Source: Octopus bimaculoides
Taxonomy: Eukaryota
Length of the DNA stretch: 64,000 bases
NCBI RefSeq assembly: GCF_001194135.2
Contig: NC_068991.1
Location: 47,405,631 to 47,469,630, forward strand
Direction: 5' to 3'
The notes under the pieces are model-generated. The model worked only from the letters and a program-made list of their open reading frames with translations. It was not told where the DNA came from and ran no database searches. Positions within the stretch are counted from its first letter, which is position 1. The number at the start of each line of letters is the position of its first letter. Below, in pieces: positions 40,444 through 53,562 of the stretch. The position numbers were made by a program, and so were the translations under genes.

Positions 40444-40715
40444 ACTCAGAGTTGCTGAAATGCGAAACAAATTACCTGCATCAGTTGTTAGCTGCCAAGA
40501 CATTGCATCCTTTAAATCCTCCATGCTTCCTGAAATTCACCAACACCATACCTGATATCCCCGCCTCCATATGCATACACACACATATAGCATGACTCAT
40601 ACACTGATCACTTTCCTGATATTTGTCCATAATTTTATGTTCTATACATGCACGTTTGATAAGTTGTAGTGCATCTGAGCACTGTACGCAATAATTTCAT
40701 TATTATTATCATTTT
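40441..40715 (+). mobile_element. CR1-like LINE 3' end with (ATT)n tail
   Basis: TLRVAEM(R)NKLPASVVSCQDIASFKSSM resembles the CR1 C-terminal RV..WN.LP..VV.....SFK pattern. Ends in aatttcattattatt. Confidence 0.65.
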
Positions 40716-40879
40716 TTAATGATATGAGATCACAATGTTGCATACATATGGTTGTGATGCATATGCCTGGTGTACCCTTATCAGACAGGTAGTGATGGGC
40801 TTTGTATATTTTACCCAAGTGTCACTTTGATTGCATGCACTGCTCTCTCACTCAATAATAATAACAGTAAATGGTTTCA

Positions 40880-41330
<451 letters not shown>

Positions 41331-41544
41331 GCCACCGTGAATAATAATAAATCTTAAATGATGATGATGATGATGATGATGATAATAATAATAATAATCA
41401 TCATCATCATCATCGTTTAACGTCCGCTTTCCATGCTAGCATGGGTTGGACGATTTGACTGAGGACTGGTGAAACCGGATGGCAACACCAGGCTCTAATC
41501 TGATTTGGCAGAGTTTCTACAGCTGGATGCCCTTCCTAACGCCA

Positions 41545-41577
<33 letters not shown>

Positions 41578-42299
41578 TAAATAATAATAATCCTTTATAC
41601 TAGTGGCTCTCAACTGGGATCCATATGGCCCCTGAGGGTCCATATAAAATTTTTGGGGGTCCATGCAACAAAATAGTAAATTGGGGATCCCCAATAGTAT
41701 TTTAAGGACCCCTGAAAAAATTTTGCATTAGATATATGTATTGGTATGTATTGCAAGAAATAGCTAGTTTTTTTTTCTCTAACATTTTAGACAGTTCAAT
41801 CTACACAAGTTAATGTGTGAAAAACAAAATAGGATAAGACAGTGTGAACATCCACACTTAATTGGATGGAGTAAATGAGGCTACTCATTACTTGACTGGA
41901 CAGAATCAAGTCAACTGTCACTCAGCTGAGCTAAGAGGTGACATCCAACAGCCAGTACACAAAATAGCCACTATTGACCAAGCAAATTATATATCAATAT
42001 TATCACCCCCCCCCCACTCAGAGTTATGTATTATTTCTGTGCCAACATTGCAGTGTTACAGATCAGACGCACTGAATAGTTATCTGTGGTTTAATTAACT
42101 GTTATTGTTTAGACACAGGTGAGCCTCGTTTATGCAGACATATGACCATATATGTAAAATGAGTGAACATCCCATCTTTTTAGAGGTATCGTGTATGTAG
42201 GAAACATCACTGCACCAAACACCCTCTGAATATGAGTGGCACTCAGCTAGATCTCTCACAGTCACTCTAAAAGCTGGGCTTTGCAATCACTGAAGATCT

Positions 42300-42900
42300 T
42301 TCCTTGTGAAAGTACATCTTTATCATAGCTAAAACTACATCTCAAAGGCTAAGTCCTCTCATTAAAGTCAAAAGAGATTTCAACCAGAAACAGCTGTTAA
42401 GATTGCAAGGCTTAAGTGTAGCCCACAATTGAGTACTTTCCCCCATATCTTGGATGCTGCTGTTGCTGATACACACACTAAACAGCCTGGATCGTTTCCA
42501 GAGGAGAGCCACTCAACTGACTGACATTCCCTCACTTAAAGACATTCCAGCCTCTGTCCCACAGGCAATCTATCTCCTTTCTTCATCTTTCCTATTATGA
42601 AAAATGGTCTCTACTTCTGACTGGTCTTGTACCTCAGTTATTCAGGCATCCTCCAATCCACTCATTTCTCCACTTCTCATCACCATTGGTGCATCCAACC
42701 TACTCTCTCCACCCTAACCCCTGTATCCAATTTTCCACCCCCAGAACTTTGATCCTCTGGAACCTCCTCCTCACTCATGTCTTTCCTGCTGGTGTTGACT
42801 TGGAACAGTTTAAATGGAATATTAACATCATCAGTCTCACCAGTCTCAAAGAGTCTGCAAGAGTCATCAGCTTTGCCCTTTCTTCCACACTCAGCATGTA
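42300..42900 (+). mobile_element. LINE 3' fragment (similar to the 17.9-20.7 kb family)
   Basis: F.PRTLILWNLL.THVFPA.VDLEQFKWNIN C-terminal pattern. Confidence 0.5.
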
Positions 42901-43267
42901 AAAAAAGAGGACTGCATCATCTGATGTATTCTTTTTTTAAAGACAGCAGGGTCTGATTTGTGGAAGATTTCAATGCTATTTTTATTGCCTCAAGTGGTCA
43001 CATACAAACAGTTTTGTTGGCTCAACCTGAGGCTGCTTAAGTTTGGACAGTTCTGGCTTACAACTGACCAAGTATGAAAAAGATTGAGAGAAAATAAGAT
43101 CTATACAGTCAGTGCAGTAGTTTCCTAGTTAGTTTGTAAGTTAATTAGTTGTGTTTGTAAATTGTTTGTCCATTGTTCTCAGATACACTAAAGTGATTAG
43201 TAAATCGGAAAAACATATACACAATCACCTACACTCACACACACATTCAATTTCCCATTCACATGAT

Positions 43268-43310
<43 letters not shown>

Positions 43311-43687
43311 NNNNNNNNNNNNNNNNNNNNNNNNNNNNNNNNNNNNNNNNNNNNNNNNNNNNNNNNNNNNNNNNNNNNNNNNNNNNNNNNNNNNNNNNNN
43401 NNNNNNNNNNNNNNNNNNNNNNNNNNNNNNNNNNNNNNNNNNNNNNNNNNNNNNNNNNNNNNNNNNNNNNNNNNNNNNNNNNNNNNNNNNNNNNNNNNNN
43501 NNNNNNNNNNNNNNNNNNNNNNNNNNNNNNNNNNNNNNNNNNNNNNNNNNNNNNNNNNNNNNNNNNNNNNNNNNNNNNNNNNNNNNNNNNNNNNNNNNNN
43601 NNNNNNNNNNNNNNNNNNNNNNNNNNNNNNNNNNNNNNNNNNNNNNNNNNNNNNNNNNNNNNNNNNNNNNNNNNNNNNNNNNNNNNN

Positions 43688-43748
<61 letters not shown>

Positions 43749-44159
43749 TACATATATACATACATACATACACACAAACACACTTACACACACAGAGTCA
43801 CCTATTAATGTATTTAAATATTCATGTGTATATACATATATATACAGACACGCACACACACACACATAGTGGGACATATATGTATGTATATACACAGACA
43901 GGTTGATAGATACACGTACACTAAGTCACCTTGCCAATTACATACATATATATGATCATACTACATACACACATACCTTTACACTGTTGCTTTCCTCATA
44001 CACACTAATTTACCTATCTACCTCACTGTACACACATACGTTAACTTACATGTTTATTCCTCCTCTACAGATACACAATCACACACTTACTCATTTGAAG
44101 GTTCACTCAGGTGATTACAGATGCACACAATACTTAATCATCAAGTTTCTGATACATTC

Positions 44160-44362
44160 AGATGTACACACAGGCACACACAAACACGTGCGCGCACACA
44201 CACACACACAAACACACACACTCGCACACATACACTCAGACACACATGCATACACACACACACACACTCACAATCACATTCACACACACATACATTCTCT
44301 CTCACACACACACACACTCTCACAATCACATTCACACACACACACATATACAAACACACGAC

Positions 44363-44398
<36 letters not shown>

Positions 44399-44602
44399 CA
44401 CACACAACACACACAAACTCAGTCCTCTGCTTCATACTCACATACATATTTACTTATACTCAGACTTCTACCCACAGATTCACATATACACTCAGTGACC
44501 TTCATTCTAACTTCCATTATCCCCACTGCATACACACAATCACTTTATTGTTTAACAAATTTAACATTCCTAATCTCATTAGCAAGTACAAATTATAAAC
44601 AA

Positions 44603-44649
<47 letters not shown>

Positions 44650-44675
44650 ATATATATATATATATATATATATAT
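44160..44675. repeat. Compound (CA)n-derived low-complexity tract plus (TA)n
   Basis: Read directly; produces spurious His/Thr ORFs. Confidence 0.9.
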
Positions 44676-46869
44676 NNNNNNNNNNNNNNNNNNNNNNNNN
44701 NNNNNNNNNNNNNNNNNNNNNNNNNNNNNNNNNNNNNNNNNNNNNNNNNNNNNNNNNNNNNNNNNNNNNNNNNNNNNNNNNNNCTTTGTAAAATATCAAC
44801 TGCACGTGCTCAAGGTTTTTTTTTTTATCTTTATCTTTTAGTCAAGGGGTGAAAACTGTGCTCATAACCCATTACAAGGCCTCTGAAACTAGATGGGAAG
44901 GAAGGTATCCTCAAACTGGAAACCTGGTCCAGTATGAAATCTGTTAAAGGCATCCCAAAGAGGGATTCAGACTCATAATGCCAAGTGCTGGAAGAAGATT
45001 TTTATCCATCCAACATTTTTATAATTCCGGCAATCCACCACTTTAAGTTGATACATTTCTTTTATTAATCTTGAAAGGATGCGAGGCAAAGTTGAGCTCA
45101 GCAGGATTTGAACTCAGAACACAGAGATGTTGAAGCAAATACTGTGACAACACATTAACAACTCCATCAATTCACTAGATTGTCACTGCACCTCGAGTAA
45201 TGAAGTGGTAGTTTCATCATAAATATCAACCTCACTCAATAACATAATCATGGATGATATTGGGGAAACTAATTTTCCGGTAACTTGTTATAAAATATTG
45301 TGGCAGTTGTTCTGAAATAGGACTGCACTCCCTGACACTGATGGGAAATGGGATAATAGTGAGGAGTAACAAAAATATGGATGAAAATATTTCCCCCAGA
45401 GTGCATTCTGTGTTTGTTTTCATAGGCAGTTATAGTACTCATAAATTCAATGCAAATTCAGACAGAAAGTGATTTTCTTTACAAATATTTTTGTTCTTGC
45501 AATATCATGATATGATTTGATCATAATTTGTTTTCAAATATAATTCTTTTTTAATCTTGGTAAAAGACCAGCAATTTTGAAGGGAGGAGAGGAATTGATT
45601 ACATCTTGACTGATACTTTATTTTATTGACTGCCAAAAGGATGAAAAGCAGAGTCAAATATAATAACACACACTCAGAAACAAAGATTTTGCCAAGTCGA
45701 AATCTGGGGCTGTTTATATAACAGTAACAGCTGTTGTTTATAGCAGTCGATTTCAGTATTTTATGAGGGGAATTCATTAATGCTAATCTTAGAAATGATA
45801 CATTTGTAGTTGTATGTGAAATTTTAAAAGTATATATTTTTATTAGTGCTTTTTAAACAGAAGAAACTTTTGCTAAGCTCCTAGCAAGTCACTCGTGCAA
45901 CAGGAAAAGCTTACATGTTTCTCCAATTTTATTAGAACCAATCACAAAGCACCTTGTGACAATCACCATGATACATCTCTGATATTCATCTACATGCATA
46001 GACATGCACACATACATTTTACACTAATAAACTAAGGAACTGTGAGACATCTACAGATATTCTAAAATTTGCTCAGCTTGGAGCTGGAATACATCAGAAC
46101 CAAAAATAAACAGTACAAGAAAGAAGGGACAACCACACGAATAAGGCAATCCCTTTGGCTCTGCTGTCAATTTTTTGTACTGCTTCCTACAACATTTCTC
46201 TTGGGTAGAACAGTTGCAGAGGCCTGTCTGGTCCTCCGAGTAATGCTTCAGATGGCTGTTGCAATAGCTGGTCTACAATTCCCAGTCCTCTTCTTCCCCA
46301 GTTCTAGACTGCTGCCCCAGTTCTAGACTGCTGCCCCAGTATGTACAAGACTTTGAGAAAGGTTACTTACTGGAATCAAAGTAGTGGTTAACAGCAACTT
46401 GTGACTCATGATTACTTTTTCCTCTTTCCTCATCAAAACAACTACAAGCAGGAAAAATATTTTACAGTCTCTCATCCTGAATCAAGGACATTTATTTACT
46501 TCACATTACCATTCTTTGGAGACATCCTTCTCAATGACTCAATGCTGATAATTCCACTTTGGTATCATGCTTATTTCACAGATACAGCTGGAATAGAAGC
46601 CAAATCGTTTGCTATTCTGAACTCTCTACAACATCTAATATTGATTTCAAATTTTGACATAAGGCCAGCAAGTTCGGGGGATGGGGGTAAGTCAATTACA
46701 TCAACCCTCAGTGCTCAACTGGTACTTATTTTATTGACCCTGAAAGGATGAAAGGCAAAGTCAACCCCAGTGGCATTTGAACTCTGAACATAAAGACAGA
46801 TGAAATAACACTAAGCATTTTACCTGGCATGCTAATGATTCTGTCAGCTTGTTACCTTGCAACAGCTAA

Positions 46870-47697
46870 TATCACCAACTATTCATCTCTTTGACCAACA
46901 TGTCGACATCCCACATACCACATGTCAAGTCAAACTTTTTTGACCATCTGTGAGGAAAACAGCACCTTGATGCAATTCACGCTGCCAGAAATCTGGAAAT
47001 GACATGCTGTGCTGCTGGAAGCTCCAATGGAAACATTTCAGTGTGTTCAGGTCTCAATCTGAAGACATGTACTGAGAGTAATAAAAATCTCAAACATTCA
47101 GTCAATATCATTGTGTTTGGAGTGATCACTAGTGATTGCGATGTTTTGCTTCCATTCATCTTCCCACACAGCCTTAGTCTCAACACAGAGGCCTACATTA
47201 AGTGCCTGGAGAAGGTAGTGCTGCCCTGGGTCAAGATGGTGGCTGCTGGAAGACCCCAAGTCTGGTCACAGGATTCTGCACCATATCACACAAGCAGGAG
47301 AACCCAATCATGGCTGTCAAACAATTTCTGCGACCACATCACTTCTAACATCTGACCACCTAACTCCCCAGACTGCAAGCCCCTTGAATATCTTGTGTGG
47401 GGTACGGTTGAGTGAGAGACCAACAAAACTCCTTGTAACACCAAAGATGAACTGAAGGCAAGGATTATGGCAGCATTCACCAACTTAAACAAGGAGACTG
47501 TCTTGAAGAGTTGCAGGAGATTCCAAAGTCGTCTGAAGGCTGTGGTTGAAGCTAATGGTGATTTTATTGAATAAATTCGCTCATTAGTATTTCAAGATAC
47601 TTTTATGTAATTTTGGTAAATATATCTGTTAAAGTGAGATGTCAGTGTTATTTTCATTTTTGCATAATTTAAATGACAGTTTATTCATCACACCCTG
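46870..47697 (+). mobile_element. Second maT-like deletion derivative (same family as 11157-11970)
   Basis: ORF 46999-47355 reads ...FGVITSD..PFIFPH...WSQDSAPYHTSRRTQSWL, followed by PPNSPDC.PL. 3' TIR ...TTATTCATCACACCCTG + TA. 5' end uncertain. Confidence 0.85.
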
Positions 47698-48130
47698 TAT
47701 ATATGTATGTGTGTGTGTGTGTGTGTTTATGTATGTATGTATGTATGTATGAATGTGTGCACGTTTTTATTTATGTGTATAAATATATATATATAGATAT
47801 ATATATGTACATGTATATGTACATAGTCAATCCAAACATGAACAAGCAAGAAAAAACAAAAATGCGAAGACGTGGAATAAGTACAGTGTTATTGGACGCT
47901 CAGGAAAGGAAAGAAAAGAAAGACGATTTCACGTTTCGTTTCGAGCAAGTGGTGTATTGTGTTCTTGAACAAAACATTCAATTTCACGTGGCTCATCTGA
48001 TGTGTGACACACTTGTGCACCTGTACTAGCAATGCTGATATGATCACCATAAACAAATCATTTGTGCAGGTCTTTCAGTAAAAAACTGAACACTCATACA
48101 TTGTCTTCAACAGAAGAGTCCATTAGAGAT

Positions 48131-48170
<40 letters not shown>

Positions 48171-48512
48171 TATAAAAGGGATAAGTTATCCTAGTGGATA
48201 CCATATTATCTCTCAAACTGATATAGATCGATCTATGATTAATCTTTATATTTTGTATCTTTTCATTTGTCTTGCTTGCTTACGTTCTGATGTTTGCTGA
48301 ATTTTCTTGAGAACAATCTTTTCTTAGTGGTCGGACTATAGGTGGTCTACTTCTAGCAAAATGGATATCCACTTGGTGGTCATCCCTCTTATATGTATAA
48401 ATATATATATACACACACACACACATGCTCACACACATGTCTACACACACATAAACAAACACATCTTGAGATATGTAGTTATATCAGTGACATGTTTAAC
48501 ATGTACTTGCAG

Positions 48513-48695
48513 GTAAAACACATCTGCTGTATTCTTGGCTCCTGGGACAACAGGCCGTTGTCAGTACACATCCTACTTTGGAATTTAATGTGGAGAAAAT
48601 TATCACCCGAGATGGTCGTATCTTTTTGGTGTGGGATATTTCTGGGTGTGAGCGATTTCGGCCCAAACGGCGTCATTTTCTTGAAGGAACTCAAG
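48513..48695 (+). CDS. ARF/ARL GTPase exon: xKTHLLYSWLLG...PTLEFNVE...WDISGCERFRPKRRHFLEGTQ
   Basis: ttgcag acceptor and CAAG|GTTTGT donor, 183 bp, phase 1-1. Aligns with Arf G1 end, G2/switch I (PTxGFNVE) and G3 (WDxxG). Confidence 0.9.
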
Positions 48696-48809
48696 GTTTG
48701 TTTAATTTTGCTGCTTGTTCCAAAATTTCACACCCAAGAAATTTTATACATATGTTTGTGTGTGCTTTTATGGACCTCTGTGTATTTGTGTATATGTGAA
48801 TTTGTTTAA

Positions 48810-49028
48810 TCCTTTAGTATTCAGATTACTTTGTCAAAGTAATACTGATTTATTCACATTGTTTTGAATTAATCACACATTACCTTGTTGCTTTGAGATT
48901 TCAATGACGTGATTGTATATTTTTAGAATGACATTGTAGTGTAGGTGTGAGATGCTGGATATGGCCAGTTTAAATATAAAATAGGTAGAACATTTGGGCT
49001 GGATATGGTTGGTTTAAATGCTAAAGGG
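48810..49028. mobile_element. piggyBac-like MITE
   Basis: TTAA-(T/C)CCTTTAG ... CTAAAGGG-TTAA ends. Confidence 0.7.
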
Positions 49029-49394
49029 TTAACAGCTATAAATTGTTTTATCTTCTTCATGGAGCACAATATTAATTTACTGGTGCACTTGAGATTTGAT
49101 AAAAAAACATTAAAGGCACATTTCACAGGAAACGTTAAGCAAAACCATTACAAAGTTAAAAAATTTAGATTAAAATGTATTCTTTTGTTTGTTTCGGTCA
49201 TTTGATTGCAGCCATGCTGGAGCACCACCTTGAAGGATTTTAGTTGAACAAATCAATCCCAGAGCATATTTCTTAAGCCTAGTACTTATTCTATTGGTCT
49301 CTTTTGCCAAACTGCTAAGTTACAGGGATGTAAACACACCAACACCGGTTGTCAAATGGTGATGGGGAGACAAGCACAGACACAAAGACACATA

Positions 49395-49478
<84 letters not shown>

Positions 49479-49518
49479 TAGATAGATAGATAGATAGATA
49501 GGAGAAGATATATTAGAT

Positions 49519-49809
49519 CAGGGGCTCTTAGCCATTTTTTACCTATAGCCTCTTTGATTACTATTTTATTCAAAATTTCTATTTTGTTTTTCACACATCA
49601 ACTCGTGTAAGTTGAACAATGTAAAATGTTAGAGAAAGAACCCTAAATGTTTCTTGCAATACATACCAATACATACATCTAAAGCAAAATTTTTTTTAGG
49701 GATTCTTAAAATACTATTGTGGATCTCCAATTTACTGTTTTATTGCATGGACCCCACAAATCTTATATGGACCCTCAGGGGCCATGTGGATCTTGGTTGA
49801 GAACCACTG
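49519..49809. mobile_element. hAT-like MITE (related copy at 41602-41830)
   Basis: TIR CAGTGGTTCTCAA (one end degenerate), TSD TATTAGAT / TATAAGAT. Confidence 0.75.
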
Positions 49810-50088
49810 TATAAGATAATGTAGTTCTACATATCCCTAAAGTAAAAAACAGGATGATCATAAATGGAGTGCCTTTACTCATAAGCCTGCTTCATCAAGA
49901 CAGAACAAGTGAGATAAATAACAACATCTATTTCACTATTCTATTGTCATGTTATCTGTTGCCTGATTGGGTTCTGCTTGAAGGAAATACAGAACTGGTT
50001 AGTGTCTTTCTCTGTGTTAGTGCATCTCAATCAGTCAACATGCTACAATCACTAGTTCACTGATGTGCAAATGAGGGCATCTCTGAGT

Positions 50089-50421
50089 CAATGGTTCTCA
50101 AATGGGGTCTATATAAGATTTTGCTGTTAATATTTATGTGCAGTAAATTGCTTATACTTTTACAATACACAAAATATTTTAATGTTTTCATACAATTTCT
50201 AGTAATATTTAATTATAAAAATACAGTAGGATTTTTTTTATATACATATGCGCAAGTGTGGTTGTGTGGTAAGCAACTTGCTTCCCAACCACATGGTTCT
50301 GGGATCAGTCCTACTGCGTGGCATCTTGGGCAAGTATCTTCTACTATAGCCTCAGGCCGACCAAAGCCTTGTGAGTGGATTTGGTAGATGGAAACTGAAA
50401 GATGTCCATTGTGTATATATA

Positions 50422-50459
<38 letters not shown>

Positions 50460-50740
50460 TTTGTTTGTCCCTCCACCATCGCTTGACAACTGATGTTGGT
50501 GTGTTTACATTTCTGTAACTTAGCGGTTCAGCAAAAGATATCGATAGAATAAGTACTAGGCTTACAAAGAAAAAGTCCTGGATCGATTTGTTCGACTGAA
50601 GGTGGTGCTCCAGCATGGCCACAATCTAAATGACTGAAACAAATAAAAGAATAAAAGAAGAATACAATGGTTATGGAGGTCCAGTAAAACAAAATAGGAA
50701 TTAAAGGGGTCCATAGGCAAAAAATGGTTGAGAACCACTG
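50089..50740. mobile_element. hAT-like MITE carrying a SINE-B insertion
   Basis: TIRs CAATGGTTCTCAA / TTGAGAACCACTG, imperfect 8-bp TSD CTCTGAGT / CTCTAAGC. Confidence 0.7.
50244..50655 (+). mobile_element. SINE family B copy nested in a hAT-like MITE
   Basis: Full-length match to 1331-1760. Confidence 0.85.
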
Positions 50741-51383
50741 CTCTAAGCAGTCATTCCTGCATTTACCCATTTTCCCCTCAAAATCATCTGCAATAAAAAC
50801 TGAAAGATATAGCATAGTATGTTCTCTTTCAGACCCTATTGAAACCCTTAATCCTCTTGCTGAATATCAAATAAAGAATATCAAATCCAATGAAACATTA
50901 CAAAATCCTTGAGATACGTTTTATGTATTTTTTCACCAGACACTAGCTAAGAGCATCCATTATTGAAGAAATCAAAGAAATTATCCCATTTTTCAATAAC
51001 CCTTTTGTTATAATATTTCTGTTGGAATACACTGCCTTTGTTTCTTTTGATTTTGAAAATTATATGAAGAATGTAGTAAATTAATTCTTTCATTATTAAG
51101 CTGGGGGTTTGGAACATAAAATAACAAGAAATTTTAATAGAAAATTTAAATTTAGTTCTCTTTGAAACAAAACGCTGGTATCACATAACAAGTACCAGTC
51201 AGAAGCAACTTGGTTTCCAAAGGGCTCACACAATTTTTTAATATAATAGTTTTTAAAGCTATGGCACTCACATATCCCAGGTTCAAATTCATAGGTATAA
51301 AGAAATAAAACTGTAATATCCATGTCTTTTAAAAGGGCACAATTGATATACATAATAACATTTATCTATTATTGTCTTTTCAG

Positions 51384-51518
51384 CTATTGTTTTTGTGATA
51401 GACAGTGCAAAACCTTTGCAGCTAAAATTGGCAAAACTTGATCTTTGGGAGATCCTGCAAGAAAATGAACTGAAACTTTGTCCTCTCTTAGTTATAGCTA
51501 ACAAACAAGACAGCAAAG
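51384..51518 (+). CDS. ARF/ARL GTPase exon: AIVFVIDSA...PLLVIANKQDSK (G4 motif)
   Basis: ttttcag acceptor and AAAG|GTATTC donor, 135 bp, phase 1-1, in frame with the previous exon. Carries the NKQD motif. Confidence 0.92.
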
Positions 51519-52928
51519 GTATTCTTAGCTGTATTATGTTTTGTTTTTGTTGTTTTATTTGTGTTATAATTGTCATTATTGTTTTATAGTTTATCTTTTA
51601 AAGGTTTCAGTAATTCAGTTGCTGGTTTACTGAAGAATTTGATAATTTTGAAACATAATTATTTTTTAATAGCCATCTACACTCTCAGAGTGGTTGGCAT
51701 TAGGAAGGGCATCCAGCTGTAGAAACTCTGCCAAATCAGATTGGAGCCTGGTGTAGCCATCCGGTTTCAACAATCCTCAATGAAATCGTCCAACCCATGC
51801 TAGCATGGAAAGCAGACATTAAACGATGATGATGATGATGATGATGATGATCATTGATGAATCCAATTTTGTCAGTTGTGCTGTCCCGTTTAAAATGAAC
51901 GCCTGGGTATGTGTGATCAGTTAAAGATTGGATAGGTTAATGTACATAAGGCATCACATATAACTTGTAATCTAAACTAGAGTCTGGATCCAATGATAAA
52001 GCTGACCAATTTAATTGGTAATCCCATTTTCTGGCTACAGAATACAATGGTTTCTTGTTGCTTACTGCCAACCCACTTGAGTTATTATCTTCCATAGAAG
52101 GTAATAAAACAGTTATTCATATACAGTTCTCCTGATCCTTACAGTAATAAGTTTTACTTGTGTATTTGAAACTCACTATTGTAAATCAATTGGAGAGTTA
52201 GGCGCCAAGTCTATAGACACAACACAGTAACATTGATGGAATACAAACGAACTCTCAACCTTTCAGCCACTAATCTTATAATCCTCTTCCCTCAATCTGT
52301 TGTCATTCTATAATTTTATAATAATTTTAAATCCAGTGATGACAATATGGAATGACAATAAGTCTTCATTTAACTTATATCCATAACCTTGTCGTAGTTC
52401 TTGGTTGGAAGCACTTCATATACATTATTGAAGCCTTCAAGATATGCAGGAACTTCACAATTCAATAGAATGCAATTATGGATGATCCTCTTCTTTAGAA
52501 TATCTAGGTAGGTTTTAGAGTTTATGGTTGAATCTTGAAACATCAATTAAATACTAACTCTTCCTTTGAAGAAATGAAACTCCACTCCTTCATGTAGACA
52601 CAAACAATGTCATAATGGCTGAAACATTATCTAAATACCAGCTCTTCCTTTGAAGAAATGAAATCCCCTCTTCCACACAGACACACACAATGTCATAATG
52701 GTTAGGTATTGCTTGACTCTTGAAAGTGTATACCTAGGATTATACCTTGAGTTTGATGAACAATAAATGAAAAAAGATGTAGATGTAAATTATTTAGTGG
52801 ATTTCTCATCTCATCACTAAACAGTCCTTTATATTGCTTGTAACAATTATTAGTACTTCATATAAAATTACATTTCAGTAATTTTTTTACTATTATCTTA
52901 ATACAGTCTTGAATTTTTCTAATTCTAG

Positions 52929-53092
52929 AAAGCCTTCCTGTGGAGAATGTATCAGACGAGATGGGACTTAGCAACATACAAGACAGAATGTGGTCAATTA
53001 TAGCTATCAGTGCTTTAGAAACAGAAGGGGTTGATAAAGCATTGCGTGAGTTGTGTCGGCTTCTTGATGAGCACCGAGCTTCCATGCCTTAA
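52929..53092 (+). CDS. ARF/ARL GTPase terminal exon: ESLPVENVSDEMGLSNIQDRMWSIIAISALETEGVDKALRELCRLLDEHRASMP*
   Basis: ttttctaattctag acceptor, phase 1, TAA at 53090-53092. Shows the Arf C-terminal pattern (GL..I..R.W.I...SA..xEG). Confidence 0.9.
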
Positions 53093-53372
53093 TTGTTGAC
53101 AAGATATAAACTTGTCATAAAATCCAAAGAGTTGAAAACTAATGCATCTCTAAAACAAAAGACTATAAATATGTGAAAAAGGTCTTAAACCCAGAGCAAC
53201 AGACGCCCATCTGAAAATCTCATGTACAGCGCCATTTTTTGAATTGATTTGATGTGATTTTCTTTGAAGACTAGCAGCTTTCTGCTGGTTTGTGATATTT
53301 GCCTTGAAAGTGGGTAGATTCCACCAATGGCAAACGTGTGCTGAACATTATATTGGTTATTGATTTGTATAA

Positions 53373-53378
53373 AATAAA
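53373..53378 (+). promoter_or_regulatory. Candidate polyadenylation signal of the ARF-like gene
   Basis: AATAAA about 280 bp after the stop codon. The hexamer is common in AT-rich DNA. Confidence 0.2.
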
Positions 53379-53513
53379 TCACATGTTTTATCAACAATAC
53401 ATCATATTTATGGATAATATTAAAAGAATATACAATAGATTGTGTTGAGGTATACTGGAATATACATCCTGCGTATATAAGCACTCACACACACTCACAT
53501 ATATGTATGTGTG

Positions 53514-53562
<49 letters not shown>

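Noticed and set aside
45341-45470. Plus ORF MGNGIIVR...VFVFIG as an alternative ARF first exon
   Set aside because: No P-loop residues and no GT donor in the needed phase.
46570-46690. DTAG-containing frame ending at G|GTAAGT upstream of the ARF exon
   Set aside because: The donor lies inside a SINE-D copy, and the product would not form a GxxxxGK motif; coincidental.
48280-48400. Minus-strand exon-like segment (SRPPIVRPLRKDCSQENSANIRT, AC|GTAAGC donor) and similar ones at 45910-46450
   Set aside because: No consistent phase chain, no recognisable product, and neighbouring candidates contain stops.
52551-52702. Diverged 68-bp tandem duplication (period about 84 bp) in the last ARF intron; also a 19-bp duplication at 46297-46338
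   Set aside because: Two copies only, with no structure or coding signal; ordinary local duplication.
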